A stretch of DNA of 64,000 nt from Eledone cirrhosa (GCA_964016885.1 OZ024741.1:138880001-138944000), one strand, 5' to 3'; counted from the stretch's first letter, positions 25,189-41,754 are shown. The notes: generated by a model not told the origin, from the sequence alone. Translations and numbers: made by a program.

Positions 25189-26214
25189 CGGTTTTCTGCA
25201 ATCTCCAACTAGGAGATTCCACTCACAAAGCAGTGATCATTAAAAGCTATACTAGTAGATATTAGTTTCCACTTAGAGGGACTGAAGCCAACGCTACGTA
25301 CTTGTAAATGACATTGCATTACCTGCGGCTATTGTTAAACCGCAGTAAAAATATTAATAGATCCATAGTTTCTGACAGTTTATTATATAATATATCTATT
25401 TATCTATCTAAAAAAAATGCATACATATATATCTTCCACATAGTGTATCGTTAGTTTGGGTTCATCACCTAGGTGTTTCTATGCATAATTGAGAATATTT
25501 GAAATAGAATGAACGATGTCAATTAAACACAAAATTGGTATTAAAAACCGTTTTGAGATGAATATCTTTTTCACGTGAATATATGTTTATGATATTGCAT
25601 ATGAAGTATTATCACGAAACAATAATAAAAAAACTATATATACATATAGAGAGAGAGGGGCGGGAGAGAGAGAGAGAAAGAGAGAATGAGGGAGATATAT
25701 GTATGTATACAGATAATTATATATATGTGTATTTTCGTATGTGATAAATTTCCATAAACATGGCTTATTCTCTATTTGTAATGAGAGGTAAGTATTCTTA
25801 GCATAAGAGTCACCAGTGAATAAAGAAAATACAATACAAAATTCAAATGGATGAATACTGGAAATTTTATATCGATTTAGAATAATTCTGTTAGCTATTC
25901 TGAAATGAAGATTTCGTAATTTAACAATATCTTTACGACTAGTGTAGACTCAATGATAATTACATTTATTTAAGTATTGAGCTCTTCATGTTTACGTGGT
26001 ACGTGGAGAACTTGATAGTTGGTTTGTCGAAGAGTTTAAAAAATACATAAAGTAACAGACTTGAATGGGAATGAAAAATGCTCCGATGATGGATGTCTTT
26101 GAGAATAAAGAATCTTTACGCAATTACTTGAATAATTTATTGTTTGCTAATTCTTCTTTTGACATTTCCATTTCCAAGGTATTTAACTAAAACAGGCAAA
26201 TATCTATTTAACAT

Positions 26215-26291
<77 letters not shown>

Positions 26292-27599
26292 AGCTCTTTC
26301 TCCCTCTCTCTCTCTCTAGATCTTTCTCTCTCCCTCTCTCTCTCTATATATATATATCTTTCTCATTATATATATGTATATATATATATATATATATATG
26401 TGCGTATATATGTGTGTGACTGTGTAAGCATACACATATTCATATCTATGTATGAAAACCGGGTAAGGTTATATATATATATATACATATATGTGTGTGT
26501 GTGTGTGTGTGTGTGTTTGTGTGTGTATGTGTGTATGTGTCTGTGTCTGTGTATGTACAGATATACATATATGTCTGTCTCTCTGTGTGTGTATCTGTGT
26601 GATTGTAGTAGATTCCCCCTATATCCCTATCCACATCTTCACGAATGCATTAACATTTTCAAAGACATCTAATTCTCACAAACATACATGTAAATATAGA
26701 ACGTTTTTCATTTCATGAATCTTTTTTGAGATACAATAGAATCTGTTTTAAAAGTTTTGGAAATGTCATTAGTTTAACAGATTTATAATGGAAGATATAC
26801 AGGGGAAACATTACTATTCGAACAACTCTGTAATTATTTCCTATTTAAAAGCCGATGCATTACTTTGATTAAATCTAAAGCATTTAAAACTATCAATATA
26901 ATGTCATCCATATAATTTACATTTGAAATATCGCATGTATTTCGAATTTAGAAGAGAAGAATGCATGTGATGGATTCTGAAAGAATTTATGATATTTAAA
27001 TATAAAACAATTCGATCGACAAAATCTCAGACCTCATTCGCTTACCGTGTGGTCTTCGTCAAAATCGGTCTCAATTCATAGCGAAAAGAACGACGTTAAA
27101 TAAAGTATTTTGCTGAATGACATGATGCATAGCCCGGGCCTGAAATTGAATTCGCAATCTCTCGATTGGGAATCCAATTCTCGTAGCACTCGTCTACGCG
27201 CCTTTACTAAATATAAGATTATTTTTTACACAAATCTTCCAAGCATTGTGATTTTTTTTTTTTGCATTACACTCTGTAGATAATGGGGTAATAGATGATA
27301 CCCTGTAAATTATAAAATCCCCCGTGGAATTTGTTCCTATATTTCTATATTATTTATGAAATTAAGCAGGCTCATGTTATAATAATTTTAGGGCATATGT
27401 AAGTATAACCCATAAAGTATAAAACAAATAGCACAATGTCACAAGTTACTATCAACGTATTTCATGAATACCATCTATCCATGCTCACATAACCTTTCAT
27501 TAGGATGGTAGATGCGCCACTCAGGGAGCGTGTCTTAGGCATTTAAACAAACACCACAGTGTCCCTCCCCGCCTCCACCTCCTCTTCGCTGTCCCCTCA

Positions 27600-28215
27600 C
27601 TCTTCTTCTTCTTCTTCTTCTTCTTCTTCTTCTTCTTCTTCTTCTTCTTCTTCTTCTTCTTCTTCTTCTTCTTCTTCTTCTTCGCCCACTTGTTCATGAG
27701 AAAGTCGTTGTGGTAGTGACCTTAATCACCCCTTCCTGCCGGTCCTGTCAGAAGCAACCGTCTCCAAATTATCCGGCTGCATCCCAAAGGGAGGCCAGCC
27801 AAGCTCATGGATGGTAACCAACCATATTGCTCGGGATCTACCCCTGGCTCTCCTGTCGGTTGTTTTTGCCCGTAAAATCTGTCTAGCCATTTTTTTCCTG
27901 AGACATTCTAACCACGTAGTATCGGAGCTGTGATCTCTCAATTCGGAGAAGTAGCGGAGCTACCTAGAGTCACTCTCTGATCCACAAGCTACGCACTCTA
28001 CCCAGTAACTTTACTACAAAGACCCTTCAGACCAACCCCATTTCGGCCTCTTGTACTTGCGATAGTATTCCTTCGGTCATTACTCAAGATTCATATCTAT
28101 AGGTAAGGTTTGGCACGACTACCGAATTGAAGATAACGGCTTTGGTCTTTACACTTACCTCCCTACTACACCTTACTGGATGCTGGAGAACAAACACCAG
28201 CTCCTGCAATTCTTC
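27600..28215 (-). mobile_element. Degenerate RTE-clade LINE 3' fragment with (GAA)n tail
   Basis: VSVKTKAVIFNSVVVPNLTY..ES and RRARGRSRAIW..LETVASDR; (TTC)n at 27601-27682. Confidence 0.7.
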
Positions 28216-28533
28216 GCTTCGGAGTAGAAAAAATAAAAAAAGACCCGCAGCTGGTGTGGTCGTTGTCGGCCTGCGTTCACTCTGCGCGTCGGCAAATGCA
28301 GATAGTGCATAATAAAATGATTCTTCAAACATACATTCGTAAATTACTTTATTCATTGCAGTTAACCAAGGAAATGTTTATAAATGAATACATCTTCATA
28401 ATCCCTGGTGTGTTGAAATGTAAGGGTAGATGCCAAAGAACTATATCAAACATAAATAGATCGCGAAACTATTAAACCGTTCGCTAATTTTCTTTCCTTG
28501 AGTTAATTACACTAATAATCAAATATATCCTCG

Positions 28534-28537
<4 letters not shown>

Positions 28538-28624
<87 letters not shown>

Positions 28625-28632
28625 GAGAGAGA
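28538..28632. repeat. (GA)n microsatellite
   Basis: Direct reading. Confidence 0.95.
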
Positions 28633-28670
28633 TTTAAATACACATTTATAAACATACTTATATAGATACA

Positions 28671-28848
28671 AGTATCGGTAGAGGGTCGGACGCCATGCTT
28701 TGCAGCAAAGAGTTACGGCCCTTTATGGTCTGAGTTCAAATCCCGCCGAGCTTAACTTTGCTTTTCATCCTTAGGAGGTCGATAAAATAAAGTACCAATA
28801 ATGCACTTGGATAATTGCCGGCCTTGTGCCAAAAGCAGAAATAATTAT
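28671..28848 (+). mobile_element. SINE family A
   Basis: Homology to other copies. Confidence 0.85.
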
Positions 28849-30111
28849 TTGGGTTAACTAAATTTGTTGTTACTATTGTTGATGTATTCTTTAACTCTGA
28901 AGTAACTATCAACTAATTAATTCTGTGACAAAAGTTAATTGAAATTTTTCTAATGACCTGCGCACTTAGATTGTAGTACGATGAACGGACTCAATTCATT
29001 CAGTATAATGTATGAACATATATTTGAAAGGAATACAAATTTATAAAAGGGAACATATTGGATAGGAGTAGTAATGGAAATGAACGTTGACATAATTAGA
29101 GTCACGGGAATATGAGATAAAATGGATGGAAAATGGAAAATATTGGAGAAGTATTTCATTTGGGTTTCAGTGCTCTACCAAGAGGATTGCTTTAACACGC
29201 TTGTTGAAGAATATTCAATATCAACTTTCAAGACGCAAAATTTGATTGTACACATATTGGGAAATATTCCATAATGTTCTATGAGCATTTAAATCTCATA
29301 CTGAGAGATATTTTACAAGGTCGTAAATTAATCCTATAGAATACAATGTTGTACTAGTATCTTATTTTTAAGCATAGATATTGTATGCATGAAATATAGC
29401 ATACTAGAATTTGCTTCCCAGAAATCGTCGACGTGCGGTCGAACAAAACAAAAGAATTCATGGAAAAATGTGTTTAAAATAAAAATTATTTTAATATCGG
29501 TATGATGGTAGTTTTTTATGATTAGCTCGTGAACATATCAAACATATATCTTTAACTTGATAATGCAATCGGGAATCTGATATCCAGCGTCTTCGATATT
29601 TATTGCTGACTCTATATATACTTCTTTATAAACAACTGTAAGTCATATATCATTGTTAGTATATTAGACACACAGATGTTATTCTTTCAGATAGGATGGT
29701 GCCGTAGATGTAATAGTACAACAGCAAATGTTATTGCTTACCATATATAATTTCCCCTGATTTATCTTTATCTCAGTTTATTCTGGATATGTTTACATAT
29801 TTCATTCCCTCCGCTGATATAAGTAAATAAACTGCAATACAGTCAATAGATCGTATGAATGCAACACAAATTATACGTGATTAATACATATGAAAAATAT
29901 CCTGTATCTGATACATTTTGATCATTTAATACTTATATATAGTAACATATTTCTGATAAAAAAACAACAAGTTTACATCCTTAACCCAGAAGGAATCGGA
30001 TTATTTCGCATCAGTGAAAGGAGAACGCTGCATTAGTCTGTCACAACACACTCACACACAGGCACACACACACACGTGCACACACACACATACACACACA
30101 TACACACATAC

Positions 30112-30154
<43 letters not shown>

Positions 30155-30282
30155 AGGCCATGTTGGGGCACCTCCGTTGATATATATATATATATATATA
30201 TACCAACGGTGATACCACAGCATGGCCTTAGCCGGATGGCTGGAACAGGTAAAAGAGTAAAAGAGTATATATATATATCTAT

Positions 30283-30805
30283 CTAAGGCGGGTAAAATTC
30301 CCGAGATCCATGGACGAGTTCTCTCCAGCGGTCTATGTCCCTCATTATCGCTGCCATGTCCTGCATCTCCAACAGACCATTGTGTGTCCTTAGGGCATCA
30401 ACATACGTTAACCTTGGTCTTCCTCTTCTAGTGTGTCCATGTAGGGGCTCCCAAAGGAGCACTGAGTGCAATGTCAACTCTGGATGTCGGTGAGCATGTC
30501 CAGCCAACCTCAGTCTCCTCTGTGTCACTTTTGAGCTGACTTTTGGGATGCTCCCATACAGCTCTGAGTTTTTCATCCTCAGTGTATACTGATTAATGTT
30601 CAGAGCCATCCTCAGCATTCTCGTGTAGCACCCATCCACCATCTGAGTGAGTCTCTTGGTCAGTGTCCAAGTCTCAGACCCATACAGCAGCACAGACTCC
30701 ACTACAGCAATGAAGAGGCGGATTTTCAGGTCTCTACGAAGGTCCGACTTCCACACCGATCTCAAGCTGTGGCATGCCGCCCAGGCCTTGCACTTCCTCT
30801 CAACC
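30283..30805 (-). mobile_element. RTE-clade LINE C-terminal fragment between TA tracts
   Basis: KIRLFIAVVESVLLYGSETWTL..RRLRLAGH..RGRPRLTY. Confidence 0.85.
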
Positions 30806-30899
30806 ATATATATATATAATAATAATAATAGTAATAATTGTGAATAGTAAAATCCGAAGAGGGCTCGGTAAGGATTATATATATCACGAATGACAATGA

Positions 30900-31145
30900 T
30901 TTTGCACGTAGAAAATTCTCCTCCGGGTTATGTGACTGGACATGGTCTCTTTGTGGAAGACCGTAGTCGGCCTGGAATTCCAGTATTCACTTTCAACGCG
31001 ACCGATGTTGTCCAAGGGAAAGGCCGATAGGGCTTGATACCAGTAATGTCGCAATTCATTTCTACACCTGGGTGAAATGGAGCAACGTGAAATAAAGTGT
31101 TTTTCTCAAGAACACAATATTCCACCCGGTCCGGAATTTTACTCT
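30900..31145 (-). mobile_element. SINE family B, degenerate
   Basis: Reverse-complement similarity to 3430-3640. Confidence 0.6.
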
Positions 31146-31200
31146 ATTTACATATAGCTATTTATGTGCATGTATATATATATATCTTTCCTCCTCTTTT

Positions 31201-32480
<1,280 letters not shown>

Positions 32481-32509
32481 GTATATATATTAATACATAT
32501 ATATATATA

Positions 32510-32566
<57 letters not shown>

Positions 32567-32596
32567 AGATCAAAAGATGGTTAAAAGAGTTCCATG

Positions 32597-32667
32597 TATT
32601 TTATTATGCGCATTTCAAAAACAAATATCATCATGCAATAACATTTGTGTTTTCATCAGATAAAATA
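32597..32667 (-). ncRNA. Hammerhead ribozyme motif; solo copy of the 3' terminus of the 36.7-39.9 kb PLE family
   Basis: tattttat-CTGATGA-aaacacaaatgttattgcatgatgatatttgttttt-GAAA-tgcgca-TA-ataaaata. Confidence 0.8.
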
Positions 32668-32764
32668 GGAAGACATGATATGAAGGTTAAAAACACTTGT
32701 GGATAGTGGAGTTTTAAATCAACATATCATGTTGCTTTATTGTACTACAATAAAACTCACCTCC

Positions 32765-32806
<42 letters not shown>

Positions 32807-32807
<1 letters not shown>

Positions 32808-33360
32808 GTTATTCCGGGTTGAATCGGAGGTAACCACAGTAAGTAAGGTACTCAATACATAGCAGAGTATAATAGTTTTAATATAGAAGAGATTCTACAG
32901 GACTAGAACTGTTTCATTCATTAGAAATCATCAGGAATCTGGGTATCAAAAAATAAATATGGTATTTATAGGTCTCTACAAGTGGTAGGAGAGGGTGGGG
33001 AGTGGGATGGGTGCAGGTCATTGGTTGATAGAGAAGGGAATTCATTAAAGGCTAATTCTACATAGCTATAGTTAATTTATATTTATTTATGTTTTTAGAG
33101 TAACAAAGGCAGACAGGAATCTATAAACAAGTTCCGGATGGCATACCATTCCTTGTCAATAAGTTTCTCTTAAGCTAGCAGATGTCTATAAAATCAGTGG
33201 GGGGTCATTCATGCTCGATAGAATTAAAGAAAAGGGAGATTCTTTAAAAGCTAAAGTCATTAAGTTCTGCTAAGTGACAAAGGTCTAGGGAATTCTGCAG
33301 ACAGATTCAAAATACTGAGTGCATATCTTACTATTATCTTCGAACTTCTCTTAAACTAAT
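32807..33360 (-). mobile_element. Non-coding HHR element; homolog at 54061-54236
   Basis: 32808-32940 is the reverse complement of 54119-54236. Confidence 0.7.
32890..32940 (-). ncRNA. Type I hammerhead ribozyme motif with a true stem III
   Basis: agattc-CTGATGA-tttctaatgaat-GAAACAG-ttctagtc-CTGTA-gaatct. Confidence 0.8.
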
Positions 33361-33459
33361 CAACAATATGCCAAATCAACAGACACATTCACAAAAAAAC
33401 CCCAAAAAAACCAAAAAACCAGAAAAACAAAAAAAAACCACACCTAAAAAAAACCCCAA

Positions 33460-33661
33460 AAAACACACATACTCACTCACACACTTACGCGCAACCATAA
33501 ACACACACATAAACACAAATACACACATAAAAACACACACACATATATAAAAAAAATTATATAAATATATACAAATATATATTCATGTACACGCACATAC
33601 ATACACACATACATACATACATACATATATAAAATACATATACACATATACATACGCACAC

Positions 33662-33741
<80 letters not shown>

Positions 33742-33886
33742 TACATATATACATACATACACACACATACATATACATATATACACATATACATATATAT
33801 ACACACACATACACACACACACACATACATACATATATATATACACACATATATATACACACATACATATATATACACAAATATAT

Positions 33887-33939
<53 letters not shown>

Positions 33940-33945
33940 CATACA

Positions 33946-33996
<51 letters not shown>

Positions 33997-34130
33997 GGAT
34001 ACACACACACATACACATACATACACACATACACACATATATATACACAAGTGAATACACTCACACGCATACATAGAAACACGAGTATACATATGTATAA
34101 ATATCTATACACACACACATACACACATAT

Positions 34131-34193
<63 letters not shown>

Positions 34194-34249
34194 CATATAC
34201 ACACATACATACACACACACATACACATATATACACATACATACATATA

Positions 34250-34290
<41 letters not shown>

Positions 34291-34294
34291 ACAT

Positions 34295-34343
<49 letters not shown>

Positions 34344-34412
34344 CACATACATACACACACACACATATACACATACATATATATATAACTCTCTAAACAC
34401 ACACATACAAAT

Positions 34413-34470
<58 letters not shown>

Positions 34471-34635
34471 GTATATATATATATATATATATACACACAC
34501 ATATATATATACACACATACATACACATATCCATACATACACAAACATACACATGCATACACAGACCTATACATAAATATACACATATATATATACAGAG
34601 ATATATAACGCACAAATACACACACATATATACAT

Positions 34636-34705
<70 letters not shown>

Positions 34706-34873
34706 GCATACACACACACATACACACACACATATATATATATATATATATTTACACACACACACGCGTGCATACACACATACACACACCCACACACAAA
34801 ATATATATACACACACACATTCTCTCTCTCATGCACATATATACATATATATATATATACACATATATATATA

Positions 34874-34917
<44 letters not shown>

Positions 34918-34920
34918 CAC

Positions 34921-34952
<32 letters not shown>

Positions 34953-35200
34953 ATATACACAGACACATACAAATACATACATACACACACATACACATAC
35001 ACATACATACATACATATATATATATACATATATATACATATATATACATACACGCATGCATATACATATACACATACATATACATACACATACGTACAT
35101 ACACACACACACATATATGTACATATACACTCACAAATACACACACATATATATATACACACATATATATACATATACATACATACAAACACATACATAT

Positions 35201-35257
<57 letters not shown>

Positions 35258-35290
35258 CACACATATACACACATACACGCACACGCACAC

Positions 35291-35331
<41 letters not shown>

Positions 35332-35416
35332 TATATATATATATATATATACACATATATATATATATATACACACATAAACACATATATATATATATAT
35401 ATATATCCATATATAC

Positions 35417-35453
<37 letters not shown>

Positions 35454-35580
35454 CATACATACACATACATATACATACACACACATATATACAGACAAAT
35501 ATATACACACACACATATACAAACATACATATACATACACATACATACACACACTTATACATACACATACATATACGTAC

Positions 35581-35657
<77 letters not shown>

Positions 35658-35740
35658 TACATATACATACATACACACACATACATACATACATGCAAAC
35701 ATAAATACAGACACATTTATGTTTGCATGTATGTATGAAA
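33460..35740. repeat. Compound (TA)n/(CA)n/(TACA)n microsatellite, ~2.3 kb
   Basis: Direct reading. Confidence 0.95.
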
Positions 35741-35749
35741 TTTAAATTT

Positions 35750-36507
35750 GTCCAGGTACCACTCATCCGACCAATCTCTCCACGGATTAAACATATGTGA
35801 ACCTTGATCCCGAGAATCTACCGCATCCCAAGGATTTTACTCAGCATTCCACCACATCCTTTTACGGAATTACCTTTACGACTCACCCCCAGACATACAC
35901 CCCAAACAAGTTTTTTGCCACACGCCACCTACATCCACAACACGCATAAACACCACACACACACGTGCATACCACCACATATTTACACATTCATCCTCCG
36001 GTATCCTCTCACCTACCCCTCTATCCACACACTCACACACACTCCGACCTACACCCCACCCCACACACACCTATTCCTGAAAATGCAACCCCGTTCTTCC
36101 CCCAACCCTTGCTTTCACATACACACCTACACACACACGTACACCTACACACACACACCACCTTCAGCCCTCCCTGCCCGAACACCCCGTCTCCCTCTCC
36201 CCACTCCACCCGCCACCACCCCTACACGCCCCACACCCTTCCACAACCTGTTTTACTCAATTTTAATTTTATTTTGATCATGCCTTTATTTTTAATTTCA
36301 TTTGCACCGTTTCCTCTCACCCCCTTTTTGCTATATATCTCGCCACCACTCTCCTACACACCCTTTGAACTCTCTTCCCACACACTTTTCACCTTAAGAA
36401 GGGCTTATGCCCGAAACGACGTTCGCTACCACAACCCCACTCTCAAGAGCGTGAAACTAATAAACCTTTGTTCGTACTGCCTCTCTGTTTTGTTCCCGTT
36501 CAATGTT

Positions 36508-36512
<5 letters not shown>
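35750..36512 (+). mobile_element. PLE-type non-coding 3' region with degenerate HHR (36390-36426)
   Basis: CTTAAGA-agggcttatgccc-GAAAC-gac-GTT; homolog of 11903-12560. Confidence 0.7.
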
Positions 36513-36551
<39 letters not shown>

Positions 36552-36564
36552 AATATATATATAC

Positions 36565-36697
<133 letters not shown>

Positions 36698-36779
36698 CAT
36701 ATATATTTTCTATGACCAGCGCCTAAAAGGGAACTTCTATACCAAAGAACATAACTTCCTCGATCATCTATTTTAATTC

Positions 36780-38949
36780 TAGAAGAAATCCTCCTTCCAA
36801 CAAAAATCTAGTGCAATTCGAGGAAGAGTTAACTAAAATAATAAAAAATCTTAAATTCAAGAGATACTCTTACAATGGACAAGAGCACCTTGTAAATCTC
36901 AAGAACACAATTTATAACCTAAATTCCTCAAAAAATGTTTTAGTCCACTCTGACAAAACCAATAACTTATATGGTATTTCCAAGGATAATTATAACAACC
37001 TTATCCTAAAGGAACTTACGAAAAAGTATCGTAAAACCAACCATGAACATTTAGAATACATCAACCTTGAGGCCTCTGAGATTATGTCAAAACTTGGCAT
37101 TGAAAAAAAGACCGAACCATACCTCCCAAGAACTCCTAGGATAAATCTCAAGGATCACAAAAACAATTTTCGCACTGAACTACCTGTTAGATTAATCGCC
37201 CCCTCTAAATCTGATCTGTTGGTTGTTAGTAAAGCCATCTTGGATAGAATTATCCCACAGGTTAGTTCTAATTGCTCTTCTTTGAACCTAAATTTATGGT
37301 TTGGTACTTCTGAAGTGATTGGCTGGTTCAACAAATTGGATAATAAAAACAAACTAAAATTTATTCAATTTGATATTGCCAGCTACTATTCCTCCATTTC
37401 GCCTTCACTTCTCAATAATGCTCTATCTTTAACACTTAAATATTCTGACATCACCACAGATGAACTTCACATCATCCTAGAGTTCAACAACGAATATTGG
37501 ACCAGAGCCGATACCTCTAACAACTTCGACATCACAATGGGAGCATCCGATTCATCCCAATTGACTGATTTAATTGGTATCTTTATTTTGAACTCTTTGA
37601 GTCGGAAAATTTCTCAACTTCGCGGTGGAATTTATCGTGACGATGGACTCTTTACTATCTTAAGTTGCAATATAGTTAACCTTAATATTATTAAGAACAA
37701 TATACGTAATCTATTTAACCAACATAACCTAAAAATTGAATTTGATAACAGTATCAAACTAGCTAATTTCTTGGATGCATCTCTTAATCTTGACACTGGC
37801 CTATATTACCCTTACCATAAAAACAATGAGAACCTAAATTATGTTAACTTTAAATCTAACCATCCTACCAATATCAAGAATGCTATAGTTAGTAATATTG
37901 GAAAAAGAATATCTAACATATCTTCTAATAAAAACATCTTTGATGCCAATTACTATAACGCACTTTCTAAAGCCGGCTATCCTGATAAAATCAAATATAG
38001 TAAAGAAACAAATTCTAGAAGAACTTACAGTAGAATAATTAATCATGATCATTCCAATAACTTTAATAAAAGACCTAGATACAAAAACATAATCTGGTAT
38101 AATGCTCCTTTCTCCATCTCTATTAATAACAATATTCCTAAATTATTCTTTAGTGCCTTAAATAAATGCTTCCCTCCCTCACATATCTATAGTAAAATAT
38201 TTAACAAACACACCATAAAATTTTCTTATTCTACATCCTCCAATATTTCCAACATTATCTCTAAACACAACAATAAAATACTAAATACTAAATCTCTTCC
38301 TTCCAACACTGAATTTCATAATAACAGTAATAGTACTCCCGACGTCATTGTAAACCCTAGGCTAATTTCTGTAAACCCAAATACAACGTCAAACACAACT
38401 TCGCTAAATATTCATAATCCAACTCTAAATCAAGAAACTATTATTCCTATCGCAAACAACTTCTCCAATCCAATTCCTTCTATAGATAACACTAGGTCAT
38501 TCATTAATAATCTCTCTAATTGCAACGGCCCTATTAAAAATAAATGTCCTCTCAACAACCATTGTCTTGATAAAAACTTAATTTATGAATGTAAAGTTAT
38601 AACTAGCACCAATTCCTTCACCTATTTTGGCTCCACTTCCACCTCTTTTAAAGCTCGTCTCTATAATCATCATTCATCTTTTAAATACAAACTTAAAAGA
38701 ACCAACACGGCTCTCTCAGAACTCATATAGTCCTTGAAAGACAAAAACATTAAATATACCATCTTTTGAAAGAAGGTTTCTTCTGCGTCTTCATACTTGA
38801 ACAGCTCTCTATCTAAAATCTGTAATCTCTGCCTAAATGAAAAATTTACCATTATCTCTAATCTAGATTCTATAATAAATAGACGTACAGATTTGTTTTC
38901 TATCTGCTTGCATAAATTCCATAAGACATTTCACAAAGTATACAGCTAA
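36780..38949 (+). pseudogene. PLE RT + GIY-YIG ORF with two premature stops and small in-frame deletions
   Basis: SDKTNNLY, LKDHK, FIQFDIASYYSSI, YRDD, CPLNNHC, LIYEC..YFGST; TAG at 38728 and TGA at 38767 fall on Trp positions of the paralog. Confidence 0.88.
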
Positions 38950-39744
38950 TATTCAATTCTTTATCAATTTAGAATCTTTTCTCAAAGGCACATATACATA
39001 CACCTCTTTTAAAATATACCCATCTTCCTACCTTACTTCAAAGGGTATTATACACTCTATAATACTTGTTTACTCATTACCCTCACTCTATCTTCACCTT
39101 GTAAAATCCTTCGTAAAATATACATTTGTTTTGACGCCAGATTATTCATCCTTAATTTATTATTGTTTTCTCCCCATCATCTAACTCATTCTTAATACAT
39201 ATTAACTCTTTCTTCGCACATATTATCAATTCCTTCAATATACAAACCTTAACTTCACATTATTTTTCTCAAATCCTTCAATACACAAACCTTAATAATT
39301 TTTTCTGTTCGTTAATTTTCAAATTTCCATAATACTTGTAAACATACACACATTTTTTTGACGTTAGAATATTCATCCGCAATCCATTATTCTTTTCTCT
39401 CTATCATCAAACTTTTTAATCTCAATACATATTAACTCCCTCTCCTTCTTCGTACATATTTTTCCCTTCGTTAATTTTCAAATTCTATTAATTTATACAT
39501 TATGTTCCAGCGGTTTTCAACCTCTCTATGTAAAACAATATATCTTTTCTCAGTTATAAAAACTATCTCTTTCTCTCTATCACCCATCTCTCCCTCTCCA
39601 CCTTCACTCTCATCTCCTCCCCTTTTTTTCATCCTTTCCACCCCCTTCTCTAAATAAAATATTTTTCCCCAATATCCCACATCAATCTAAAATTACTTTT
39701 CATATGTTGATCAAGTGTTTTTTAGCCTTCATATCATGTCCTCC

Positions 39745-39815
39745 TGTTTTATCTGATGAAAACACAAATAGTATTGCATGATGATGTTTTTTTTTGAAAT
39801 GCGCATAATAAAATA
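39745..39815 (+). ncRNA. Hammerhead ribozyme motif at the PLE 3' end
   Basis: tgttttat-CTGATGA-aaacac...tgtttttttt-GAAA-tgcgca-TA-ataaaata. Confidence 0.78.
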
Positions 39816-39853
39816 CATGGAACTCCTTTAACCACCTTTTGATCTTATATATT

Positions 39854-39956
<103 letters not shown>

Positions 39957-39996
39957 CATATATATATATACATATATATATACATATATATATATT

Positions 39997-40032
<36 letters not shown>

Positions 40033-40056
40033 CATATATATATACATATACATATA

Positions 40057-41124
40057 GTAATAATAATAAAATTGAAGACTAAAATCCAAAGAGGGCTCGA
40101 TAAGGAAAATATATATCAAATATATAAGAACCGTAGATCAAATATTTATTAAAATAACAGATTAAAGTTTAAACAAAGAATCGCTGCTTTCACCCTTAAC
40201 GGGATCTTCTGAAACTAACAAAGTCAATCTGTAAACGCAGAACTGGATATTTCAAAAAACGTTGCAACCGGAGGAAGACAGGAAGACGATACGTGGTAAC
40301 GTTCGCCGGCAAAGAACGGGAAAAAACGAATAATACGTCATTAATAGGAGCGGTGAAGAACAATTAGGCGCAAAGACAAAACCACGTTTATGGTACTTCT
40401 TGTTTTAGTTGACTTACGTCTCCGAACATTCGTGTATTTATATGTAGGTATGCGTGTGCGCTTGTTATATACGTATTTATTTACTTATATACGTTTATAT
40501 AATTATTTATTTATTTGTACACAAGCATACACACACACACATATTTATATGTGCGTGGTTTTGTATTCCCATGGTAAGGTTTTGCGTATGCTTGTGTATG
40601 TACGTATCTGTTTGCGTGTATGTATCTATTTGTTTCTATTACTTCTGTATTGTATTTATTTACTTTGTTCTTAACTCTGTAGCGGAGATTCATTTGGTCT
40701 CCTAGTTAGAATTTTAGTCTACGACTTCTGCTATACCATTTACGTGGTTTTGTATGTGCGTGCTATTGTTCTCCACGCTCCACATATGACTTATTATCTT
40801 CGTTTTTTCGTTCATTGCCAGAGAACGGCTCTATGAACCACCTAAGAGAACATTAGTCTACGACCTCTTTTTATACCATAAACGTGGTTTTGTCTTTGCG
40901 CGTAATTGTTCTTCACCGCTCCTATTAATGACTTATTATTCGTTTTTTCCCGTTCTTTGCCAGCGAACGTTACCACGAACCAAAGTATCCTCTTCCTGTC
41001 TTCCTCCGGTTGCAACGTTTTTTGAAATATCCAGTTCTGCGTTTGACTTTGTTAGTTTCAGAAGATCCCGTTAAGGGTGAAAGTAGCGATTCTTTGCTTA
41101 AACTTTAATCTGTTATTTTAATAA

Positions 41125-41128
<4 letters not shown>
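40057..41128. mobile_element. Non-coding element with ~250-bp inverted arms and an internal ~140-bp tandem duplication
   Basis: 40143-40395 is inverted at 40874-41128; 40712-40842 resembles 40852-40983; TA-flanked. Confidence 0.8.
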
Positions 41129-41155
<27 letters not shown>

Positions 41156-41172
41156 CACATATATATTTATAC

Positions 41173-41203
<31 letters not shown>

Positions 41204-41294
41204 TATATATGTATATACATATTTATATATATATATACATATATATATATACATATATATATATACATGTATATATACATATATATATATATAC

Positions 41295-41329
<35 letters not shown>

Positions 41330-41340
41330 CATATATATAC

Positions 41341-41547
<207 letters not shown>

Positions 41548-41602
41548 CTCATACATATATATATATATATACACATAAATCTATATACATATACATATAT
41601 AA

Positions 41603-41746
<144 letters not shown>

Positions 41747-41754
41747 CCATATAT

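Larger units (their letters stand above)
36711..39848 (+). mobile_element. Penelope-like element (Hydra-clade-like), slightly 5'-truncated, with 3' HHR
   Basis: RT+GIY-YIG frame, ~0.9-kb 3' UTR, terminal HHR, (TA)n on both sides. Confidence 0.9.

Noticed and set aside
38728-38769. In-frame TGA as possible selenocysteine, as in some Naiad PLEs
   Set aside because: TAG and TGA both fall on Trp positions of the paralog, so they are ordinary nonsense mutations; the element also has a C-terminal endonuclease, unlike Naiads
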